A stretch of 64,000 bases of DNA from positions 352,001 through 416,000 of the forward strand of contig CAWAMW010000015.1 in assembly GCA_963783305.1 (NCBI GenBank), in the 5' to 3' direction. The position numbers and the translations under genes were made by a program. The stretch is from an uncultured Gemmatimonadales bacterium (GTDB taxonomy: Bacteria; Gemmatimonadota; Gemmatimonadetes; Longimicrobiales; RSA9). Of this stretch, positions 56,510-64,000 are shown piece by piece. Numbering within the stretch: position 1 is the stretch's first letter; each line of letters begins with the position of its first letter. The notes under the pieces were generated by a model. The model was not told the DNA's origin. It saw nothing but the letters and a program-made list of their open reading frames with translations, and made no database searches.

Positions 56510-57502
56510 ATGAGGACGGTACAGGTCGATCGTGAAGCCCGATCCGCCGTCCGGCGGCGAGCCACCCGAACCCGCCGCGGGCGGGCGGTCGTGGCCCGCA
56601 CTGTCCGGACCATCTTCGCCAGCGTCGCGATCCTCGCCTGCCCAGCCGCCGCCGCGCCGGCCACCGCTCAGACCGGCATTGAGCCGGCACGGTCGCCCTA
56701 CCCGGGGTCGCTCCCGTTCTTCCACGACGTATACACCTTCCGCGGCGATGCGGGGCTCACCCTGGTGGTGGCGGCGTTCGCGGTGTCCGCCGGAGATCTC
56801 ACGCCCAGGCGCGACGGTCGGGAGTCCGTCTATCGGTTCGATGTGTCGCTCGTGCTGGCCGACACGACGCTCCGCTCCGTCTCCCGCACCGATGACTCCG
56901 CCTTCGTGGCCGCGCGGCATTCGCTGCCCGACGGACACCTCCTCTACACCCACGCCGCCGTGCAGGCCCCGCCCTCCCGCAACACGGTCCGGCGAGTCAT
57001 CATGACCGACGCAAACAATCCCGGGGTGGGACAGCTCTACGACGCCGGCTTCCCGATCCCGGACTACAGCGGCAGCCGCCTGATGCTGAGCGACATCGCT
57101 CTCGGCCAGCCTGACCCCGCAGGCGGCTGGAGCCGGGGCGACGCCACGGTCGCCATCCTTCCCGTCACCCGCTTCCCCGAGAGCTCGCTCGAGGTCTACT
57201 ACGAGATCTACAACCTCCCCACGGGCCACCGCTATGAGACCCGGATCGCCGTCGAGCCGGTGCCCGCCGGTGACCCGGGTGGTGCCCTGGCGCTACGGTT
57301 CACGGGGAAATCCGACGTGGCCCCGGACCGCGCCCTCCCGGAGCTGCGCCGGGTCACCGGATCGCTCGATCCGGGGGGGTATCGGCTGACGGTCACCGTC
57401 ACGAACACGGAGACGGGCGAGACCGCCACTCGCTCCCGCCTCTTCGAGGTGCGGCGCTGGGAGGACGGCGCTACGCTCGTGGTGGCGCGACCCAGCTCCT
57501 GA
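56510..57502 (+). CDS. Secreted hypothetical protein resembling GWxTD-protein C-terminal domains (start uncertain)
   Basis: L.LSDI.LG, VYYEIYNL, L.PG.YRLTVTVT. Confidence 0.6.
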   Translation: MRTVQVDREARSAVRRRATRTRRGRAVVARTVRTIFASVAILACPAAAAPATAQTGIEPARSPYPGSLPFFHDVYTFRGDAGLTLVVAAFAVSAGDLTPRRDGRESVYRFDVSLVLADTTLRSVSRTDDSAFVAARHSLPDGHLLYTHAAVQAPPSRNTVRRVIMTDANNPGVGQLYDAGFPIPDYSGSRLMLSDIALGQPDPAGGWSRGDATVAILPVTRFPESSLEVYYEIYNLPTGHRYETRIAVEPVPAGDPGGALALRFTGKSDVAPDRALPELRRVTGSLDPGGYRLTVTVTNTETGETATRSRLFEVRRWEDGATLVVARPSS

Positions 57503-57582
57503 ACATCGCGAACGCCCGCACCTCCCGCGATCCCCGTTGGGGCGATAACTTCCCGGCCCGACAACCGTTTCCGAGAGCTCCG

Positions 57583-58734
57583 ATGGACAATTCCACGACG
57601 CCACCCCCGGCGGGTGCCGCGGCCTCCGACTGGCGACTCCGGATCCCCGAGTCCCGCCGCCGCTACCTCCGGGCCTGGTTCTGGTCAGTGGCGGGCATGA
57701 CCCTCGGCGTCCTCATCGTCGGCGGCATTACCCGGCTTACCCAGTCGGGGCTGTCCATCGTGGACTGGGATCCCCTCTTCGGCGTCATCCCACCACTCAC
57801 GGAGGCGCAGTGGCTCGAGACGTTCGACCGCTACCGCCAGTTCCCGGAGTATCAGCAGCTCCGCCAGGGGATGACGCTCTCGGAGTTCGAGCTCATCTTC
57901 TTCTGGGAGTATCTCCACCGGCTGCTGGCGCGGGGCATCGGACTCGTCTTCCTGGTGCCGCTGCTCTTCTTCTGGGTGCGCGGGTATCTGACCCGTCCAC
58001 TCGTCCGCCGCTCGCTCGCCCTGTTCGGGCTCGGCGCCGCGCAGGGGGTCATGGGGTGGCTCATGGTCGCCAGCGGCCTCGTGGACCGGCCCAGCGTGAG
58101 TCATTTCCGCCTGGCCGCCCACCTCAGCCTCGCGTTCCTCATCTTCGGCTTCGCCGTGTGGCTGGCCCGTGAGCTCGCGGTCTCCGCCACCCGCCCTGCC
58201 ATCGCCCCGCGCGCCTACCGATTCGTGTCCCGCGGCCTCGTCGCGGTCGGCGCCCTGCTCCTGCTCCAGGTGGTATGGGGGGCCTTCACCGCCGGCCTGG
58301 ACGCCGGACTCTACAACAACACGTTCCCGCTCATGGACGGCAAGCTCGTTCCGGCCACGCTCCTCTGGCTCGATCCGCCCGTACGCAATTTCGTCCACAA
58401 CCCGGTGGCGGTGCAGTGGATGCACCGCGTACTCGGCACCCTGCTCGGACTGGCCACGATCGGGCTGTTCATCGGCACACGGAGGCTCCACACGGACCGG
58501 CTCACAGCGCGCCTCAACGCGATGTTCCTCGCGCTGATCGTCGTCCAGTACCTCCTGGGCGTGCTCACGCTCCTCTTCTTCGTCCCGGTCGCCCTCGGCG
58601 TCACCCACCAGGCCACGGCCATGATCACCTTCGGCGTCTGGGTCACCTGGCTCCACCACGTCAGGAACCTCGAGGTCGGCACCGCTCCCGCCGTGCGGAA
58701 GCGCGACCGCACCACCGCCGCCGCGCCCCCTTGA
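57583..58734 (+). CDS. ctaA: Heme A synthase (COX15/CtaA type 2)
   Basis: GGITRLTQSGLSI, WEYLHRL, HFRLAAHL, QWMHR, HQ. Confidence 0.93.
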   Translation: MDNSTTPPPAGAAASDWRLRIPESRRRYLRAWFWSVAGMTLGVLIVGGITRLTQSGLSIVDWDPLFGVIPPLTEAQWLETFDRYRQFPEYQQLRQGMTLSEFELIFFWEYLHRLLARGIGLVFLVPLLFFWVRGYLTRPLVRRSLALFGLGAAQGVMGWLMVASGLVDRPSVSHFRLAAHLSLAFLIFGFAVWLARELAVSATRPAIAPRAYRFVSRGLVAVGALLLLQVVWGAFTAGLDAGLYNNTFPLMDGKLVPATLLWLDPPVRNFVHNPVAVQWMHRVLGTLLGLATIGLFIGTRRLHTDRLTARLNAMFLALIVVQYLLGVLTLLFFVPVALGVTHQATAMITFGVWVTWLHHVRNLEVGTAPAVRKRDRTTAAAPP

Positions 58735-58774
58735 CCGCCGTGGGCGCGATCAGCCAGGCGGAGCCGCGGGGCCG

Positions 58775-60799
58775 TCAGCGCACCCGGTCGAACCGGATGT
58801 CGCGCGCCCTCACGTTGGAAACGAGGAACGCGATGACCCGGCCGTCGTCGTCGCGCACGAACTCCACTTCCGCGATCGGGAACGAGCCGGTGAACGCGTC
58901 CTTTTCACCCGGCTCCAGCGTCACGTCGTCGAATCGCCGGTGCCGCACTACGAGCTCCTCGTCCTCCAGCGCGACCGTGTAGAACGTCTCCAGCTCCTCG
59001 CTGTAGAACCGACCCGTGAACGCCTCGAGCGCCGCCACCGACGGCTTCCACCGATCGCCCTCCAGACGCGTGGCGCGGTGCTCGCCGTTCTGGTGCAGCA
59101 TGGCGTGGGTGATCTCCCCCTCCTCACCGCGGTGGAACGTCACGCTCGCCACCACGCCCACCAGCGTGAAGCTCGAGTCGGAGGTGGGCTCCATCCGGAC
59201 TCTCTGCTGCCCCGTCGCCTGCGTGTACAGCGTGTCGGCCTCCCGGAAGAAGGTGAGGATGAACGCCGGCGCCTCGTCCAGCGCGTACCGTCCGGCGATC
59301 TCGTCGAAGGCGGCGGGGTCATAGGTCTCCGGATCGAACGGCGCCGCCCCAACCCCCGCAGCCGCGTCCGCGCTCGCCTCGGATTCCGGCTCCAGCGCGT
59401 CGCCCAGGTACGCCTCCGCCACGGCCGTCGCCACCGCGCCGGAGAACGCGGCGTTGTTGCTCAGCGTGATCACACCGGTCCGGCTGCCCGGGTAGTAGGC
59501 CAGCATCGCCCGATGCGCCACATCCGCCCCGCCGTGCTGGATCCGGCGAGCGCCGCGCAGCTCGTCGATGAACAGGCCGAAGCCGTACTCGGTGGTGTCG
59601 CCGGTCGTGAGGATATACGGGGTCGTCATGGTATCGATTATGGCGCGCCCGCCCAGCTCGCCCGTCTCCAGGTTCGCTACCCACCGCGCCAGGTCAGCCA
59701 CCGTGGTGTAGATCCCGCCGGCCCCCATGGCGCCCCCCAGGTCGGCGGCCTCACGGTAGCCGCCCTCCGCCTCCGGGATATAGCCCTGGGCGCTGTTCTC
59801 CACGATCTGCGACGGGGAGGCGCGGACCACGGTCTGCCTCATTCCCAGCGGCTCGAACACGTTCTCCCGCATCCACTCCGGGAAAGGAGTGTCCGCCACT
59901 CGCTCCACCACCACCGACAGGAGACCGTAAGCCGTGTTGTTGTAGTTCCACTCCGCACCCGGCTCGTTCTGCAGCTCCGGCTGCCGCTGTACGATCTCGA
60001 TGAGCTCGTCCCGATCGACGTAGTCGCCCTCGTCGATCCGCCGCCCGGCCAGCGCCAGCGTGTTCAGGAACTCCCGGTAGCCGCTGGTGTGCGTCAACAG
60101 GTGGCGCAGCGTGACCGGGTGCTCGAACTCCGGCAGCTCGGGGATGTACTCGCGCACGTCGTCGTCCAGCGACAGCTCGCCGCGGGCACGGAGGAGCGTG
60201 ATGGCGAACGCCGTGAACTGCTTCGACATGGATCCAATGTTCGTGCGCGTAGCGGTGCTGAACGGGACGTGGTGCGTCAGGTTCGCCATACCGTACCCGC
60301 GCGCGAACACCAGCTCGCCCTCCCGGACCACACCCACCACTCCGCCGGGAACATCACCCGTGTACGGGGCCATGAGCTGATCCACGCGCTCGTCAGCATC
60401 CACCGCCACCGGCTCCACACGGTCGAGCCGTACGGCGTAGCGTCCCGTCCCATCCTCCTCCGGCGCCACCTCGATACGATACGCTCCCGCCGCCCGGGTC
60501 TCGAAGTGGATTCGCTCCACACCCCTCCGCCGGTCGTCGAACCGCCGTACGACCTCCCCGTCCGGGTCCCGCACGGTAATCGCCACATCCACCGACTGCT
60601 GATCCACCTCCCCGAATACGAACTCATCCGCCCCCAGCTCGATCGTGTACGCGTGCGTCGCGGACGGCGCGATGGAGTCCGCCGCCACCTCACCCTGGGC
60701 GATGGGCCGCGGCGTCGCGTCGCCCGTCTGGGCGCGGACAGGGAGGGGCGCCAGCACGAACGGCAACAGCGCAGCGATCAGATGGGCGGAAAGTCTCAT
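58775..60799 (-). CDS. Serine hydrolase (beta-lactamase family) with N-terminal PPC-like domain
   Basis: GSMSKQF (SxxK), LLTHTSG, YNN, HGG; signal peptide. Confidence 0.9.
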   Translation of the reverse strand: MRLSAHLIAALLPFVLAPLPVRAQTGDATPRPIAQGEVAADSIAPSATHAYTIELGADEFVFGEVDQQSVDVAITVRDPDGEVVRRFDDRRRGVERIHFETRAAGAYRIEVAPEEDGTGRYAVRLDRVEPVAVDADERVDQLMAPYTGDVPGGVVGVVREGELVFARGYGMANLTHHVPFSTATRTNIGSMSKQFTAFAITLLRARGELSLDDDVREYIPELPEFEHPVTLRHLLTHTSGYREFLNTLALAGRRIDEGDYVDRDELIEIVQRQPELQNEPGAEWNYNNTAYGLLSVVVERVADTPFPEWMRENVFEPLGMRQTVVRASPSQIVENSAQGYIPEAEGGYREAADLGGAMGAGGIYTTVADLARWVANLETGELGGRAIIDTMTTPYILTTGDTTEYGFGLFIDELRGARRIQHGGADVAHRAMLAYYPGSRTGVITLSNNAAFSGAVATAVAEAYLGDALEPESEASADAAAGVGAAPFDPETYDPAAFDEIAGRYALDEAPAFILTFFREADTLYTQATGQQRVRMEPTSDSSFTLVGVVASVTFHRGEEGEITHAMLHQNGEHRATRLEGDRWKPSVAALEAFTGRFYSEELETFYTVALEDEELVVRHRRFDDVTLEPGEKDAFTGSFPIAEVEFVRDDDGRVIAFLVSNVRARDIRFDRVR

Positions 60800-61056
60800 G
60801 CAAATCCTCTTCGGTTCTCTCGGGTTGCTTTAGACGACCGTGTACGCCGCGCACCGATGGAGTCTTCACCGGCTCCGCTGGGAACTCTTGCGGGATCGGG
60901 TGAGCGGGAACGGTAGACGTATCGTTGGAACGGGCGGCTCACGGTGCAATAGCCGGGATCATCATCCACCGCAGGAACTCCTCGCCAGACGCCACGCCCC
61001 GGGCGGGCGTCGGGTCCACGTCGGACCGCAGAGGAGGGGATCGGTCCGGGCGGGAC

Positions 61057-61422
61057 TCAGCTGCGGGCGTCGGTCGCGGGCTCGTCATGGCCGATGATGA
61101 TCCGCTCGATCTTCCCCAGCAGGGATGGGCTGCCGGCGCGACTGGCACCGAAGAGGCCGTCCTCCAGTGCATTGGCCTTGTCGGCGGCGGCGAAGAGGGA
61201 AAGCCACCGGTCGTACTTCTCACCGAATCGCATGACGGCGTAGAAGCGGTGTCCCGGCCGGTTGCCCGGGAAGACGATGTCGAGGGCCGCGGCCGCAAGA
61301 CAGAGGGGGGAGAGTACAATGTCCTTGGCCCCATCGAGGACGAGCTTCACCTGGAAGATCAGGAGGTCTCGAAGAATGATCCACCGCGTCCGTGTCGTCC
61401 TGGTCATTGCGTCCCGTCCCAT
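61057..61422 (-). CDS. Conserved hypothetical protein
   Basis: RDLLIFQVKL..DG.KD..LSP...FY.V...G...DRWL.LF; coding-like composition. Confidence 0.65.
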   Translation of the reverse strand: MGRDAMTRTTRTRWIILRDLLIFQVKLVLDGAKDIVLSPLCLAAAALDIVFPGNRPGHRFYAVMRFGEKYDRWLSLFAAADKANALEDGLFGASRAGSPSLLGKIERIIIGHDEPATDARS

Positions 61423-61548
61423 GTCGCGTGCGATCCAGCGTCCGTCTCACAAGCCCGTACGGAAGCAGACCGGCCGATGTTTCGCACGGGGTTGCAAGCA
61501 GAGGACCTGGTCGGGGGCGCTTCTGGCCTCGAGCTGGACCCGCGCTGG

Positions 61549-62091
61549 TCACACGCCGGGGTCCGGCGCGACCTCTGTGCCGGCGATGGTGCTCTCCTCC
61601 TGCCGGCTCTCCGGAGCGCCATCGGCGCCGACCGCCTCGATCGCGTAGGCGAAGCGCCAGTCGCCCAGCTGCTCGGGATCGGCCTGCTCCGGGGTTCCTT
61701 CGTCCCAGGGCCCGTGCTCGCCGAATACGTTGTCGATCGGAGCCTCGAATACGCGCCGGTAGGGTGTGAGGGCATCGTTGGCGCTGAGACGGTCGATCTC
61801 TTCCCCCTCGGCTTCGACCACCAGGGAATCGCCCGCGGTGACCTCGCCCTCATAGAGCACATTGGTGAAGCTGAGGCGATTCATCGCCGGATGCTCGGAA
61901 ATCGAGAGGTGGCTCTTGGGATCCTCCGGGATCCGCGTTTCCGTGATCTCGTCACGCTCCGGCACGCCCGCACGGAATCGGAAACGGAACTCTCCAGTAA
62001 TGTCAAAATCCTTGCTGTCGAGGATCTCGATGTAGCGCAGGGTTACGCGAATCCGGCGCGGGAGGCGCTGCTGCTCTGTGCTCTTGTCCAT
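61549..62091 (-). CDS. Hypothetical acidic beta-rich protein
   Basis: GAAGGAAGG RBS before the ATG at 62091; coding-like composition. Confidence 0.65.
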   Translation of the reverse strand: MDKSTEQQRLPRRIRVTLRYIEILDSKDFDITGEFRFRFRAGVPERDEITETRIPEDPKSHLSISEHPAMNRLSFTNVLYEGEVTAGDSLVVEAEGEEIDRLSANDALTPYRRVFEAPIDNVFGEHGPWDEGTPEQADPEQLGDWRFAYAIEAVGADGAPESRQEESTIAGTEVAPDPGV

Positions 62092-62176
62092 GGTATTCGA
62101 CCTTCCTTCAGGATGAATGGCTCGGGGGGGGGTGCACCGCCCTCGGTCGACGCTGGTGCGGGGCCGTTCCTGCCCC

Positions 62177-64000
62177 TCAATGAGATGCAGACGACTGCAG
62201 AGCGAGCAGTCGGCGGAACTCGGGTACCGGCTCCAGGGTGCGCCACCACCACGACAGTCCATCGCCCTGGTCGAAGCGGTGTCCGGGGTTCGTAGCCAGG
62301 TAGCGACGCACCAGGCCTACGGCCTCATCGGTCTCACCGAGGCGACTGCGGACGAACGCCTCCCGGAGCCAGAGCGAGCGCCCGGGGTCCAGATGGGGCG
62401 CATCGCCATCCCGTGACGCGGCGGCGAGAACGGCACGAGCGCTATCCGGCGCGCCGGCCCGCTCCAGGACGGCCGCGACAAAGATCCGATTCTCGACATC
62501 ATACCAGGCGCGATCGTACTCCGGGGCCAGCGAATCGGCCTCGGCCAGCAGGCGCCATGCTTCCGCCGGATCGGCGGCGAGCGCGGGTGTAGCCATGAGC
62601 CGGATGCGACAGATCCGGAACCGGTAGTTGGCGGGAAATCGGCGCCGGCCCTCCTCGCACGCTTCCACGGCCGGGCGGAACTGGCCCATGTCCAGCGCGG
62701 CGGTGTGGATCCGCCAGAGCACGTTGTCGGCCGACTCGAGGTAGGCATCCTCCTCGTACGCCCGCTTGGCGGCCAGCAGGACGGCGGCGATACCCGGAGC
62801 GTCGGGATCGTTGTAGTAGAGGTGGCTCAGGGTGCTGAAGGCGGACGCGAGCCCCGGGTTCCGCTGCACCGCAGCCTCCAGATCGGTGCGCGCGGCCCGG
62901 ATCAGGTCTCCCCGGGCCGCTCCTTCCAGCTCCGGGTCGGTGAGCCAGCGCCAGTACCGCGCGGTGCCCCGGGCCTCCAGCGCCTCGGCATCGGCCGGAT
63001 CGCGCTCGACCGCTTCCATGCCGTAACGAATCGCGGCGATGGCGTGCGGCAGCCCGGCCTCCAGGTCCGACGGTAGCCGCGCCCGGCGATACGCCACCTC
63101 CGAACGGAGCGTCATGGGCCGCGCCCATTCCTTCTCGATCTCCGCGGCCAGGGCCAGAAGGGAGTCCGCCCGCGCGTACTGGAGATCGGCCTCCACGGCG
63201 TCATGCTCCTGCGCCGCCGCCTCCGCGTCCTTCATGGCACGACGGCCCTGCTGGAGCACCCCCCACGCCACCGTATTGTCCGTCTCGGCTCGGGTCTCCC
63301 GCAGCCGCACCTCCTCGCCCAGCCGCTCACGAAGCAGCACGGCCGCCTCCCTCGCCATCCGGGTGCCGCCCTCCACCAGCACGATCTCCGGCACCTCGAA
63401 GCTCGTTCGCCGGAACACGGCGCCGCTCGCGCCATCCAGCAGCGCCAGGTCCACCGCGAACCCATCCGCAGTCTCGCCGATCGAGCCGGTCACCACGGTG
63501 CCCGCCTGAAGCTCGCCGGCCGCCGCGACCACGTCCACGTCACTTCCCCGGTACGGCAGCACGCCGTTGGCGCTGATCACGTCCAGCTCCGGCACCCGCG
63601 ACAGCTCCAGGATCAACCCTTCCGTCAGCGCGTCCGCCACGGACACCAGGCGCCCGTCCCGGGTTCGGTCCTCGAGGTACAGGACCGCGATACGCTGCGC
63701 CGCGAGACCTCCCTCCTCCAGCCCCGCCATCGCCCGCTTCGCCTCGACGTGCGCCCCGACGGAGCGCACCGTAAAGCCTCCCATGACCAGAATGAGGACG
63801 AGGAAGAACGCGATCTCCGAGCGCGGCGCCTTCTGACGACCCTGCTCCCCGTGGAACCACGCGAACACCCCCGCCGCCGGCAGCCCGCCCAGGAACCACA
63901 GGAGCGCCACCCGGTACGCCAGGCCCGGAAGTATGTCCTGCTCCACCAGCTGCGACACCGCCTCGATGACCACCCAGCCCCCGGCCAGGTAGCCAATGAG
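62177..64000 (-). CDS. Membrane-anchored TolB-N/TPR protein; 5' end lies outside the window
   Basis: N-terminal TM helices with AWFHGE, IAVL..ED...ADALTE.LI..LS TolB-N motif, TPR-like helices. Confidence 0.8.
   Translation of the reverse strand, partial: LIGYLAGGWVVIEAVSQLVEQDILPGLAYRVALLWFLGGLPAAGVFAWFHGEQGRQKAPRSEIAFFLVLILVMGGFTVRSVGAHVEAKRAMAGLEEGGLAAQRIAVLYLEDRTRDGRLVSVADALTEGLILELSRVPELDVISANGVLPYRGSDVDVVAAAGELQAGTVVTGSIGETADGFAVDLALLDGASGAVFRRTSFEVPEIVLVEGGTRMAREAAVLLRERLGEEVRLRETRAETDNTVAWGVLQQGRRAMKDAEAAAQEHDAVEADLQYARADSLLALAAEIEKEWARPMTLRSEVAYRRARLPSDLEAGLPHAIAAIRYGMEAVERDPADAEALEARGTARYWRWLTDPELEGAARGDLIRAARTDLEAAVQRNPGLASAFSTLSHLYYNDPDAPGIAAVLLAAKRAYEEDAYLESADNVLWRIHTAALDMGQFRPAVEACEEGRRRFPANYRFRICRIRLMATPALAADPAEAWRLLAEADSLAPEYDRAWYDVENRIFVAAVLERAGAPDSARAVLAAASRDGDAPHLDPGRSLWLREAFVRSRLGETDEAVGLVRRYLATNPGHRFDQGDGLSWWWRTLEPVPEFRRLLALQSSASH

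Noticed and set aside
46707..60799. The two serine hydrolases (46707..48296 and 58775..60799) as antibiotic-resistance beta-lactamases
   Set aside because: SxxK/YxN proteins with extra C-terminal domains are commonly peptidases or esterases; nothing here supports resistance

Overview
High-GC bacterial chromosomal window. The gene content (PEP-CTERM, TolB/TPR, RsbRD-HATPase and GWxTD-like proteins) suggests Gemmatimonadota, but this is inference. The left ~8.6 kb is accessory: a minus-strand integron cassette array with no integrase in the window (a CALIN). It has five recognisable attC sites, a sixth decayed one, an attI-like end and a candidate Pc promoter. Its intact cassettes are one MBL-fold lipoprotein and three toxin-antitoxin pairs. 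Distal cassettes are deleted into a patchwork, and one cassette gene is split by a 1752-bp PEP-CTERM insert flanked by an exact 71-bp duplication. The remainder is dominated by peptide and amino-acid catabolism: an IorA fused to a GltD-like flavoprotein with iorB, ptb-buk, an arginine synthetase (ArcE)-like gene, gdhA with a REC/PPDK ATP-grasp protein, a saccharopine dehydrogenase/CEOS/PLP-decarboxylase operon, a Na+-translocating methylmalonyl-CoA decarboxylase operon, tricorn and M1 peptidases, and lat. Housekeeping genes (recQ, glpD, prmA, ctaA, MATE, ZIP) and several intergenic repeats are also present. No rRNA, tRNA, CRISPR array or transposase was recognised. All family calls come from reading motifs by eye; no database search was run.
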